Sequence record: MW879340.1
Length of the DNA stretch: 64,000 nt
Direction: 5' to 3' (one strand)
Below the pieces are notes generated by a model. That model did not search any database. It worked only from the letters and a program-made list of their open reading frames with translations, and was not told the DNA's origin. The stretch's first letter is position 1. Each line of letters begins with the position of its first letter. Position numbers and translations under genes: made by a program. Below, one piece after another: positions 29,340-38,541 of this stretch.

Positions 29340-30578
29340 ATGTCTAACATTATTGAATTAGATGGCGTAAACGTCCCCGTTAAAATGTGGACTAAGTTTG
29401 TTCCTGTGGAGGAACGGGCGACGATACAGTTGCACAACATCACAACGCTGCCGTTCATCTTTAAGCATCTTGCCGTAATGCCTGATGTTCATTGGGGGAT
29501 GGGCGCAACGGTTGGGTCGGTTATTGCGACTAAGGGTGCTATCATACCGGCTGCGGTTGGTGTCGATATCGGCTGTGGCATGATTGCTCAACGTACTTCG
29601 TTGACCGCGGCTGACCTGCCTGACAACCTTGGTCCGTTACGTAGCCTCATTGAAGCTAACGTCCCACATGGTCGTACCGATAACGGCGGCGATAATGATC
29701 GTGGTGCGTGGGGTGGTGAATACGCCATGCAGTTAGATCCGGCGCACAAAGATGAGCTGCTGAAGTTGCAGTCTCGTTTAGCCGATATTGTCGGCAAGCA
29801 CCCTAAACTCACTAAAGCTTCAAAACGCTTTACTCGCCACGCAGGTACACTCGGCAGCGGTAACCATTTCGTTGAAATCTGTCTGGACGAAGAAGACCAC
29901 GTATGGGTAATGTTGCATTCTGGTTCACGCGGCATCGGTAACACCATCGGCAAGTACTTCATTGAAAAAGCCAAAGAAGAGATGGCGAAATTCTTCATCC
30001 ATTTGGTTGACCAAGATTTGGCGTACTTACCGGAAGGGTCGTTGTATTACAATGACTATCTTGAAGCGGTCACCTGGGCACAAGACTTCGCGGCGGTTAA
30101 CCGTGCCATCATGCTTAACGCCACGTTAAAGGCGTTGCACAGCACGGTAGGAAAACCTTTCACGGAAAATACCGTTGCGGTTAACTGTCATCACAATTAC
30201 GTCTCAATGGAAAACCATTTTGATACTAACGTGCTGATAACCCGTAAAGGCGCTGTGCGGGCCCGTGTGGGTGACCTGGCAATCATCCCAGGTAGCATGG
30301 GTGCGAAGTCCTTTATTGTTGAAGGGCTTGGTAACCAGGAGAGTTTCTGTTCTTGTTCACATGGGGCTGGTCGTCTGATGTCTCGCAGTGAGGCCAAAAA
30401 CACCTTCAGCATTGAAGACCATGTGCGTGATACCGCAGGTGTCGAATGTCGTAAAGACCGTGATGTTATTGATGAAACGCCGAAAGCGTATAAATCAATC
30501 GATGACGTTATGCGTTCTCAAAACGATCTGGTTAAAATCAAGTACGTGCTTAAACAAGTACTGTGCGTGAAAGGATAA
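29340..30578 (+). CDS. rtcB: RtcB RNA ligase (2',3'-cyclic phosphate/5'-OH)
   Basis: MPDVHWG, DIGCGM, GTLGSGNHF, LHSGSRG, HHNY, RKGA, PGSMG, HGAGR, DETPKAYK. Confidence 0.96.
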   Translation: MSNIIELDGVNVPVKMWTKFVPVEERATIQLHNITTLPFIFKHLAVMPDVHWGMGATVGSVIATKGAIIPAAVGVDIGCGMIAQRTSLTAADLPDNLGPLRSLIEANVPHGRTDNGGDNDRGAWGGEYAMQLDPAHKDELLKLQSRLADIVGKHPKLTKASKRFTRHAGTLGSGNHFVEICLDEEDHVWVMLHSGSRGIGNTIGKYFIEKAKEEMAKFFIHLVDQDLAYLPEGSLYYNDYLEAVTWAQDFAAVNRAIMLNATLKALHSTVGKPFTENTVAVNCHHNYVSMENHFDTNVLITRKGAVRARVGDLAIIPGSMGAKSFIVEGLGNQESFCSCSHGAGRLMSRSEAKNTFSIEDHVRDTAGVECRKDRDVIDETPKAYKSIDDVMRSQNDLVKIKYVLKQVLCVKG

Positions 30579-30581
30579 TCC

Positions 30582-31172
30582 ATGTCAGCTAAATTATTCT
30601 GGCGTTACGCCACCATGAACGCGGGTAAGTCGGCTGAGCTGATCATTGCAGCGCATAATTACGTAGAACGTAAGATGCAACGTATTGTTATCAAGCCAGC
30701 CATAGACACCCGTGATGAACTGGGGAAGGTCAGTAGTCGTATTGGTCTGGCGACTGACGCTATCCTGGTAAATCCAGAAGACGATCTGTTTGAAGTGATC
30801 TGTGTGGCATTGCGCGATCAACCAAAGGCGATGTGTGTCTTTGTAGACGAAGCGCAGTTCTTGTCAGCTAAGCAGGTAGGTCAGTTAGCCAAGGTGGTGG
30901 ACATTATTCACCTGCCGGTTATTGCTTACGGGTTACGTAGTGATTTCCAGGGTAATCTCTTTCCTGGTTCAGCTGCACTGTTTGCTGCTGCTAACGAGAT
31001 GACAGAGATTCGTACAGTTTGTCATTGCGGTCGTCGCGCCACTCACGTGCTGCGTTACAATGCGGATGGCGATGTTGTTAAGGAAGGCCCTCAGGTAGAG
31101 ATTGGTGGAAACGATCGCTACGAAGCGGTGTGTCGTAAGCACCATGCAGGACCGATGGGTTATTATGATTAA
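30582..31172 (+). CDS. tdk: thymidine kinase
   Basis: TMNAGKS, KVSSRIG, VDEAQF, YGLRSDF, C.CGR.A, QVEIGGNDRY..VCRKH. Confidence 0.96.
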   Translation: MSAKLFWRYATMNAGKSAELIIAAHNYVERKMQRIVIKPAIDTRDELGKVSSRIGLATDAILVNPEDDLFEVICVALRDQPKAMCVFVDEAQFLSAKQVGQLAKVVDIIHLPVIAYGLRSDFQGNLFPGSAALFAAANEMTEIRTVCHCGRRATHVLRYNADGDVVKEGPQVEIGGNDRYEAVCRKHHAGPMGYYD

Positions 31173-31174
31173 GC

Positions 31175-31214
31175 CGGCATAAGAGCCAGGGCTTCGGCCC
31201 TGGCCTTTATGACG
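31175..31214. terminator. bidirectional hairpin terminator flanked by CGGCATAA and TTATGACG
   Basis: GCCAGGG-CTTCGG-CCCTGGC between convergent genes. Confidence 0.85.
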
Positions 31215-31853
31215 TTAAGTCTTTGGTACGAAGAAACGTATCTTACCTATCTTGCCATTGAAGGCGCGGGAGCTGAATGTGTCGGTAAACGAACCAATCG
31301 CCAACACAACGTTTGAGTTGTTAAATGTTACGTTCGTTGCGTTTGATTGTAGCTGGTCGTTGAAATACAGCTCAAGCGTTGTTCCGGTACGTTTTAATCG
31401 TAACGTGGTCAATTGGTCAACGGTTAATGCGTTAGCCGTTTTAAGCGCATTCCAGACTCCATTTGAACCAACCCAATAGAATTCAATTTTACCTTGGGTG
31501 CTGGGCTGAAACCCGAAATACCACCCGCCTGTACCGCTACCGTTGAATGCCCGTGACATAACAATCCCGCCGTTATTCACAGCAGCCGGTATAACGTCGA
31601 TGGACAGTTCCCAGTTGGTCAGGCTAAAGTTTATCAGGTTATAGATAGTGCCGGATTGATACATGCCGCCGCCGGCATTACCTCTGAAGCAATTACCCAA
31701 TGTAGCATCGTTGGTAATAACACCAGTACCTCCGACATTAAAAACGGTTTTCGATACGACTTCCGTTGTTTTAGTACCAGGACCTTCACGCCAATCGATG
31801 AGAAACAAATCATCTGTTTTTGCGACGGCATCTCTCATCAGCATTTCCAACAT
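31215..31853 (-). CDS. LamG/concanavalin-A-like lectin domain protein
   Basis: GGWYFG..IEF..TLRLKR.GTTLELYFNDQL..LAIG..FNGKIGKIRF; MLEMLMR tag. Confidence 0.75.
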   Translation of the reverse strand: MLEMLMRDAVAKTDDLFLIDWREGPGTKTTEVVSKTVFNVGGTGVITNDATLGNCFRGNAGGGMYQSGTIYNLINFSLTNWELSIDVIPAAVNNGGIVMSRAFNGSGTGGWYFGFQPSTQGKIEFYWVGSNGVWNALKTANALTVDQLTTLRLKRTGTTLELYFNDQLQSNATNVTFNNSNVVLAIGSFTDTFSSRAFNGKIGKIRFFVPKT

Positions 31854-31890
31854 GTTATTATCCTCAAAGTAACTCTATACAATTTCACGC

Positions 31891-31909
31891 CTACATTATC
31901 TTAGTGTAG
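31891..31909 (+). promoter_or_regulatory. phage early-type promoter motif
   Basis: ATTTCAC-GC-CTACATTATCTTAGTGTAG. Confidence 0.6.
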
Positions 31910-31935
31910 TAAAACTTAACTCGTAAGGATTAACT

Positions 31936-32475
31936 ATGTTCAACTATGTATCGCAAGACCAGTTTAACGTTCTCAAGCGTCGTTGGGAGATCGAACTGGC
32001 TGAAGGCTGTCCAAGTATCGACCCGCGTCTTGTTGAGTCGCTGAAAGCGTTCAATGCACTGCCTGGTGTCGTTAGCATCTGGTCGTGCTCTGGTCACACC
32101 AAGGCAGAACAGGAAGCAGATAATGAGAAGTTCGAAGAGCGTCAAGACCGTAACATCATCTTCGCTATTCGTCCTGGTTCTGAAAACCTGTTCGCAGCCT
32201 TTGCAGCCTGGTCTGAGGTTCAGGAACACAGTGAGTGGTCGTTGACCCGTCCGGTCATGTCCACATTCAATCTGGTCTGGTGCTTCAAAGAACACCCCGA
32301 TGGCACAATCACGATAGACGATATCGGTGGATTGTATTCGGCGTGGAAACTCAACATGAGTTATTACGAACACGAAGACCTGCCGTTCTACATGTCTCAG
32401 CAGTGGGACTACCTCATTAATTTCTTAGGTGACTATCACCAGGGAGTAACCAATGCCCGTTCTCAGCATGTTTAA
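31936..32475 (+). CDS. hypothetical protein with TYW3-like N-terminal motif
   Basis: SIDPRLVESLKAFNALPGVVSIWSCSGH; AAGGA RBS. Confidence 0.7.
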   Translation: MFNYVSQDQFNVLKRRWEIELAEGCPSIDPRLVESLKAFNALPGVVSIWSCSGHTKAEQEADNEKFEERQDRNIIFAIRPGSENLFAAFAAWSEVQEHSEWSLTRPVMSTFNLVWCFKEHPDGTITIDDIGGLYSAWKLNMSYYEHEDLPFYMSQQWDYLINFLGDYHQGVTNARSQHV

Positions 32476-33088
32476 TACATTCATCAAATACGAAGTGCCG
32501 GAAGATAAAGGTAATCACGTCAAGCTGGACTCAAACACCTGGCACGGCATCACCATTGATACCTGGCGTATGGATGCAGAGAAGCCGTACAATCAGTTGG
32601 TTGGTTACTTCATTGCAGAAGACGGGCGTGAGATTCTGCTGGGTCGTCGTGATGTGGAAGCTACCGACTTAGGGTCACTGGATTTCCATAACCAACGTAG
32701 CAAGTATTTCTCTGACCTGATTCACTGGTCGTTCCACGGCTTTGCCGATAACCTGCATTACGAAATCAGTATCTCTGACCTGATGGAGGGTCGTGCGGTT
32801 ATTCAGCCTTTCCCACCGGCTAATGGTCACAACCACGAAACCATCTATCTGGAAGACAGCATTGAGTTAGGTGGTCGCACAATGCACTGGAAAGTAACCT
32901 CAGAGAAGCTGACTAACGGCCCGTTCAAACAGACCATCGACTTCTTTGTTAAGAACTACGCCAACATCGGCCGCCACTTCATTATCGATGTGGAAGCCGC
33001 AAACCCATTCGTGAAGATCTCCAATCACTACGAACGGCATAAAGACCTGATTGCCGAAACCCTTGGCCTCGACCTGAGTAAAAAATAA
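32453..33088 (+). CDS. hypothetical protein
   Basis: AGGGAG RBS, overlaps upstream gene. Confidence 0.75.
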   Translation: MPVLSMFNTFIKYEVPEDKGNHVKLDSNTWHGITIDTWRMDAEKPYNQLVGYFIAEDGREILLGRRDVEATDLGSLDFHNQRSKYFSDLIHWSFHGFADNLHYEISISDLMEGRAVIQPFPPANGHNHETIYLEDSIELGGRTMHWKVTSEKLTNGPFKQTIDFFVKNYANIGRHFIIDVEAANPFVKISNHYERHKDLIAETLGLDLSKK

Positions 33089-33714
33089 TGGGACAGATAA
33101 ACAAGACGCGGTATGGTATTTTCACGGTGACGTTGAAAACCATTGCGGCAGAGTCAGATTCGTATACGGTGGAGATATCGTACCGTTCTAACGATGAGCC
33201 GATTCTGGCATGGGCTCGTGTATTCCGTACCGATAAGGTCAGTTACGACCGCGGTATTGCAGTAACGCTGGCTGACTACATCATCGCGATAAAGACTGGT
33301 GTTGTTCCGGACCATGGTTATACACCAGCCAGCTTTAAAGACATGCGGACGTGGGTGCGTGAGCTCAGTAAGGATACTGACTTCTGCATCGCGTTCAATT
33401 CGTCACCGGTGATTACACAAGCGGTATTCCATCACGACCAAGAATACGAGGTCAAAGGGAAAACGCTCGTTCGTAATCGCGTGACCGAATACTGCATCGC
33501 TACATCGCTGATTGGGCCGGACAACCACATTAATGCGATTTATCGCGTGACGTTTGCTGGCGCACACACCGATGAAACCGAGCGTAACGGTTATCGTGCG
33601 GTGGGGGTTAATCGTAACGTTACCTTTACGGTAACTAATGAAGAAAACATCTTTAACATCAACGACTTCGTTAATTCATACGAAGACAAAATCGCGGGAG
33701 CATTAGGATTATGA
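33088..33714 (+). CDS. hypothetical protein
   Basis: TAATG coupling. Confidence 0.75.
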   Translation: MGQINKTRYGIFTVTLKTIAAESDSYTVEISYRSNDEPILAWARVFRTDKVSYDRGIAVTLADYIIAIKTGVVPDHGYTPASFKDMRTWVRELSKDTDFCIAFNSSPVITQAVFHHDQEYEVKGKTLVRNRVTEYCIATSLIGPDNHINAIYRVTFAGAHTDETERNGYRAVGVNRNVTFTVTNEENIFNINDFVNSYEDKIAGALGL

Positions 33715-34220
33715 TTAAGGCAACTTTGCAAGATTTCATCAACTGCTGGAAAATGTTCAACGGGCACGGCATGATGTCCGAACAAGATGCAGCTGGTCAA
33801 ATCAACCGTGGCGACTGTGGCTTGGCGGCTATTGCTGTGTCGTACGTGCTGCGTCACAAGTACGGCGTGGAAGCAGAGATTCATCAGAATGCGAATCACT
33901 GCTGGCTGGTTATCCAGGGTTCAGGTGAATTTGACACCCTGCATCCGGACGGTTATAAAGTGCCTGTTAAAGAGGTCTGGGATCGTCAAGGCGGTAGCGA
34001 AGAGCGTACGTTACACTTTGGTGAGGCGTGTGCCGAATGGATGCCATGTGATGCACACGGCGGTTATTTGGCTAAAGCGTTCTTCGACCGTCACTCACTG
34101 CCGATGCCGGTGGAGATGCAACATCTGATCACCAATGCGGCGGAGTACGAGTGTCCGGAACAAGTCCCTGTGTTGCAGGGCTATTACGAACGTACCCTGC
34201 GCGTACCGTTCCCTGTGTAA
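33711..34220 (+). CDS. putative papain/transglutaminase-like Cys-His-Asp protein
   Basis: GDC36GLAA, NH63CWL, FD75TL in catalytic-triad order. Confidence 0.6.
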   Translation: MIKATLQDFINCWKMFNGHGMMSEQDAAGQINRGDCGLAAIAVSYVLRHKYGVEAEIHQNANHCWLVIQGSGEFDTLHPDGYKVPVKEVWDRQGGSEERTLHFGEACAEWMPCDAHGGYLAKAFFDRHSLPMPVEMQHLITNAAEYECPEQVPVLQGYYERTLRVPFPV

Positions 34221-34295
34221 CAACGTACATAAGTCCCCTTTTATATGTACACCCCTGTGTCGCAGCAGGGGTTTCTTTGGGGAGGCAAATATGTC

Positions 34296-34667
34296 ATGGG
34301 TCCGTTGAATTATGTCGTCTCGTTTTATGTGGTGTGCGATGAAGAGCCTAAACCGAAACTGGTTGGGGTCTGCAACTATGACGCATACGTTAACAAGCCT
34401 CACCTGATGAGTGTTCACTCGGAAGTGGTTGAAGCGGTTAATCGTGATGCGGGTATGTTCAACATTGTGCAAGCCACCCATGACGAAGAACGTTTTGCGT
34501 GTGAATTCTTTTATGTGGCCATGGACCCGAAACAGTTGGCTGCTGAGGCCGACCCTGCGGACAGTCTATTGAGCGTTTTATTAAAAGCATCCAACGGTTT
34601 TATCAACCGGAGCATGCGCAGTATCCATCATGCAGTGTATCCGCTGTCGAAACCTGTGGGGTGTTAA
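34296..34667 (+). CDS. hypothetical protein
   Basis: GGAGG RBS; start at 34296 or 34245 uncertain. Confidence 0.65.
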   Translation: MGPLNYVVSFYVVCDEEPKPKLVGVCNYDAYVNKPHLMSVHSEVVEAVNRDAGMFNIVQATHDEERFACEFFYVAMDPKQLAAEADPADSLLSVLLKASNGFINRSMRSIHHAVYPLSKPVGC

Positions 34668-35279
34668 ATGTACGGACATGCATTCTATTTTGATCAGCCG
34701 GTTAAACGCATCTGGTATTCCTGGAGCGTTCTGCGGGGTGATGACTACTGGCGTGAATCCATTGCTGAAGTATTCTACGATCCAGCACGTGTGCCGAATG
34801 AGCTGTATCGTTTGTTCCGTGGCGAACATCGCTTTGAACCTTCTGTTGTGGTCAATTCCGAAACCATCATTGGTGCGCACCTGGAAGGCGACCAATGGGT
34901 GGATGCCGCGGTGATCGGTGAAATACGTCAGTTGACCCAGCAAGGGTTCAGCCGTGACCGTATTCGTGAGATCGTCATTAACGTGGATGATGCGGTTCGA
35001 CGTATCCGTTGTTTGCGCTCAGCGCTGACGGTGAACGCCGGGCTGTATTACGATCGCAATGAAAGCATCATCAGCGATGAAGAATGGGATCTGATGGCGC
35101 TGAAGCTGGTTGAAATGCAGCAGCGTTATTTCTACGTGTTACCTTTTGTAGATTTCTTTGACAGCGCCTTTGATGGATTCGATGGATCTACCGGATTCCA
35201 TCTGCCGTATCGGGTCGAGCCGTTCTTGACCCACATGAGTCGTGCTGTTGAGTTCTTTGAGAAACACAGAAAAGTTTAA
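34668..35279 (+). CDS. protein with C-terminal ligase domain Ia-like module
   Basis: LYYDRNESIISDEEWDLMALKLVEMQ matches the spacing of LigA YHVMDAPEIPDAEYD; ends with FDGSTGFHLP. Confidence 0.7.
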   Translation: MYGHAFYFDQPVKRIWYSWSVLRGDDYWRESIAEVFYDPARVPNELYRLFRGEHRFEPSVVVNSETIIGAHLEGDQWVDAAVIGEIRQLTQQGFSRDRIREIVINVDDAVRRIRCLRSALTVNAGLYYDRNESIISDEEWDLMALKLVEMQQRYFYVLPFVDFFDSAFDGFDGSTGFHLPYRVEPFLTHMSRAVEFFEKHRKV

Positions 35280-35281
35280 GC

Positions 35282-35301
35282 CTACATTACTGTAGTGTAA
35301 T
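35282..35301 (+). promoter_or_regulatory. phage early-type promoter motif
   Basis: CTACATTACTGTAGTGTAAT, identical to 14782..14801. Confidence 0.7.
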
Positions 35302-35338
35302 AGCTACAGTAAACTAACCCAACTCGTAAGGATTTGTT

Positions 35339-37075
35339 ATGACCGATACCACTGTATTCGACCCTACCGACAAAAAGCTGGAAATCAGAACTGGTGAGAA
35401 CCAGGTGTCTTTGCACTTCGGTGAATACCTGGTGGCACATTGTGCGACCCAGGGCTGTGACCAATGGTCCGACACGAAGATCCTGGCGTACTTCTACCTG
35501 GAAGCGCTGTATCGTCGTGGTTGTGTCATGAACCACATGTTCAGCGAAAGTATCTTCACGCTGATTCTGAACACGCTGCATGCTTCTGGTCATGACGACT
35601 TTGTATCGGCCGACTGGGCTGATGTGAAGTATGAAACATCTTCAGCTACTGCAACCAGTGTAGCAGTGTATGTCACCGTCACCACCACTGATGGCTTTGA
35701 CATCACGCTGAACTACATGACACCTGGTCTGGCCTGGCAGCAGCTGGTTGTTACCCATGCGGAAGAAGTTCCGACCATGGACGAGTTGTATGATCGTCTG
35801 AAAGGTAAAGGTAACGAAGAGTGGACCAGCCTCGGTACGTTGATTCACGACGGCATCGTCTACAACTACGATGCAGCGGCCACGGCGCTCTTCACCATGA
35901 AGAACCGTCTGGAGATCATCATCGAAGGTGGTGACTTGATCTATTCCGATGCGGAAGCACAAGGTCACGGCCTGATTGAAGTGCTGATGGATCTGTACCG
36001 TAAGCTGCAACTGCGTATGAACTACGGTGAGATTGACATGCTCTCTGCTGAACACATCCAGCTGGTTCAGTCTAACCTGGGTAAACTGCTGACCGATGTA
36101 TTTGCCATGGGCGAATACCTGGAGCTGGCAGACAATACATCACACACCATCCGTGGTTCAGTGAGCGAAGACATTCTCTGTACCATCAGTCACACGTACA
36201 TTGCCGAAGCGGGTAAGATCCGTGCTGACTTCCGTTTCTTGACCATGGCGCAGAACTGGTCGGTTGAACGCAGTGAAGCATTCGATGTTGATGGCATGCC
36301 GGTTTACGTGGATGCGGTGTATAACCAACATGCGGCGCAGATCCGTGCTGGCCTGGGCCTGGACGTTGTTGATCAGCCTGCTCAAACGCTGGCAGACATT
36401 CCGTTTGAAAATCGTGAAGTGGGCAACGACTTTGTTCAACCGCAATACGCCGAACCGGTCTTTACACCTGTCTCCAATGAAGAGCTGATGATGGAAGATC
36501 CGGACAACGCAGTAGCCGGTGATCCACTGGTCGTGACTGCGGTGGCTGCTGTAGGTCCACATGGCGGTATCGGCATGGGCAGTGATCTGCTGTGGCGTAT
36601 TAAAGAAGACCTGCAATTCTTCAAACAGGTAACGACGAACCACGTGGTCATCATGGGTCGTAAGACTTTTGAATCCATCGGTAAGCCATTACCAAATCGC
36701 CAGAACATTGTTATCACCCGTGATCCGGAATACGTACTGAACCTGTACACTCCGGAAAACGATCAGCAGTACGATAACCTGCATTGCGCAACCAGCATCG
36801 AAGAAGCGGTACTGTTGGGTGGTCGTTTGGCTGCACAGGTGTACGGTAACAACGAGCTGATGGTAATCGGCGGTGGCGAGATCTACAAAGAGTTCCTGCC
36901 GATGACGTCTAAGGTGTTCTTGACTTACGTTAAGGGCGATGACAGCCATGCTGATGTGTACTTCCCGATCACTTCGGAAGACATCGGCATGTACTGGACT
37001 CCTCAGATTCTGGCAGAAGGTCTGGAAGAAGACGGCGTGCAGTACGATCGCTTTGTCCTGACCCGTAAACAATAA
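35339..37075 (+). CDS. folA: dihydrofolate reductase fused to a ~395-aa unknown acidic N-terminal region
   Basis: AVAAVGPHGGIG..LLWRIKEDLQFFK..VIMGRKTFESIGKPLPNRQNIVITR..VIGGGEIY..ADVYFP. Confidence 0.92.
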   Translation: MTDTTVFDPTDKKLEIRTGENQVSLHFGEYLVAHCATQGCDQWSDTKILAYFYLEALYRRGCVMNHMFSESIFTLILNTLHASGHDDFVSADWADVKYETSSATATSVAVYVTVTTTDGFDITLNYMTPGLAWQQLVVTHAEEVPTMDELYDRLKGKGNEEWTSLGTLIHDGIVYNYDAAATALFTMKNRLEIIIEGGDLIYSDAEAQGHGLIEVLMDLYRKLQLRMNYGEIDMLSAEHIQLVQSNLGKLLTDVFAMGEYLELADNTSHTIRGSVSEDILCTISHTYIAEAGKIRADFRFLTMAQNWSVERSEAFDVDGMPVYVDAVYNQHAAQIRAGLGLDVVDQPAQTLADIPFENREVGNDFVQPQYAEPVFTPVSNEELMMEDPDNAVAGDPLVVTAVAAVGPHGGIGMGSDLLWRIKEDLQFFKQVTTNHVVIMGRKTFESIGKPLPNRQNIVITRDPEYVLNLYTPENDQQYDNLHCATSIEEAVLLGGRLAAQVYGNNELMVIGGGEIYKEFLPMTSKVFLTYVKGDDSHADVYFPITSEDIGMYWTPQILAEGLEEDGVQYDRFVLTRKQ

Positions 37076-37087
37076 TTGCATCACAAC

Positions 37088-37112
37088 GGGGGTGATTCAG
37101 ACGTTCACCCCC
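37088..37112 (+). terminator. GC-rich hairpin (terminator or processing site)
   Basis: GGGGGTGA-9nt-TCACCCCC with no U tract. Confidence 0.45.
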
Positions 37113-37127
37113 TAACCGAGGTATCAA

Positions 37128-37745
37128 ATGACTAAACCCGTAGGAACACCCGCTAAAGTAAAAACCGCCGTAGGTAACCCCTTCGACATTCAGGCAAAGA
37201 GCAAAGGTATTATGCTGCTCAGCAACAACACCGTCTGGATGACCGGTAACTACGTGCTGGAAAACTTTATGCACGATGAGGCGAAACGTAACGCGATTAA
37301 AGCAGCGTACGATGCAGCCCCTCGTATCACCCTGGAGGCCGCAACCACAATTGATGGTAAGGCTGACACCACAAAATCCGCACCGATTATGTTGGTGCAA
37401 CACAAGACCGGTGCGTGGGACACCCGTAAGATGGGTCGTTTGGCTATTCTGGATCGTGATAGCCTGATTGTGATCCACACCCACTACCATACGTCGAGTA
37501 AAGTGAGTTTCTCACAAACGGCGCTCATCAAAGCTCTGACCGATTACTGTCAGCTGGCCGCATTGCAGAATCGCCGCAAAGATCCAATCATCATCCCAAT
37601 GCCGGGTCTGGACTGTGTAGGTGTTCTGCAACCAACTGGCGCTGGGTCGTACACCATCAACGAGGATCACGTTAAAGCAGTGACACGCATCATTGCTGAA
37701 ACGATGTTCCCTGAAGCGGACGTGACCTTAGTCACTCCGGCATAA
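37128..37745 (+). CDS. hypothetical protein, probable degenerate macrodomain
   Basis: VGNPFD..IMLLSN.TV..G; LIVIHTH; IIIPMPGLDCVG follow macrodomain motif order with the key motifs eroded. Confidence 0.6.
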   Translation: MTKPVGTPAKVKTAVGNPFDIQAKSKGIMLLSNNTVWMTGNYVLENFMHDEAKRNAIKAAYDAAPRITLEAATTIDGKADTTKSAPIMLVQHKTGAWDTRKMGRLAILDRDSLIVIHTHYHTSSKVSFSQTALIKALTDYCQLAALQNRRKDPIIIPMPGLDCVGVLQPTGAGSYTINEDHVKAVTRIIAETMFPEADVTLVTPA

Positions 37746-37758
37746 TCAAGAGGCTGGT

Positions 37759-38157
37759 ATGTTGAATCGCGTTAAACACATTAATAAACCGTCTGGCGGA
37801 CGTGAAGCGCGCATCATTCCAGCCTGGGATAAACTTGCTAAGTGTCTGGTGACGTTAAGCGAGTCTAACGCTATCCCAGATAAGCACGATCGTTATCTGT
37901 TGGATGAAGGGATTCGTACGCGGATCCCCAGTTCAGCAGGTCGTGCGGTGAAAGCCATTGAGACTTTTATGCTTGATTGGCTGAACCAAGCTGTGCACCG
38001 TGAAACATTAACGGAACGCATCAGCAATAACCCGTCGTTAAGCAACGTGCGTTTACTGATCGGTAAGCCAGATAAGAATGGGAACGTAAACCTGTCCTTG
38101 TCTACACCGAAAGGTTTTATCGTCGTTGCAATCTGTAAAGATCGGTTCGAAGCCTGA
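37759..38157 (+). CDS. hypothetical protein
   Basis: GAGG RBS; 132 aa. Confidence 0.7.
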   Translation: MLNRVKHINKPSGGREARIIPAWDKLAKCLVTLSESNAIPDKHDRYLLDEGIRTRIPSSAGRAVKAIETFMLDWLNQAVHRETLTERISNNPSLSNVRLLIGKPDKNGNVNLSLSTPKGFIVVAICKDRFEA

Positions 38158-38225
38158 TCTATGTATATGGCATTAAGTAGTTGTCATATGCAATAACATC
38201 AACCATCCTCAAAGGGGAACTTAGT

Positions 38226-38522
38226 ATGACTATAAAGAAAACTATTACTGCCGAAGCAGTAGAACAAAGCATTCTCGATCGTGAAGGCGTGCGTGTTGTA
38301 TTACGCGTAGGCTCGAAAAAGAAAGTTGCCGTTGCTGGCGCTAACTACGGCGAGACGTTCAAAAACCGCTGTGCCAAAACTAATACCTTGGCTACGTTGC
38401 GTAAACGCATCGCCCAGGTTATTGGCTCTGACATTGAGGTTGACATTATCGACGGCTCCGGCACGTCAGTGAATGGTAATACCAAACTTGGTAACCTTCG
38501 TGAAATGTATCTGCCCGCGTAA
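38226..38522 (+). CDS. hypothetical protein
   Basis: ATG 38226 with AAGGGG RBS (track ORF starts 38181). Confidence 0.75.
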   Translation: MTIKKTITAEAVEQSILDREGVRVVLRVGSKKKVAVAGANYGETFKNRCAKTNTLATLRKRIAQVIGSDIEVDIIDGSGTSVNGNTKLGNLREMYLPA

Positions 38523-38541
38523 AAAAGCATAAAGACATACA

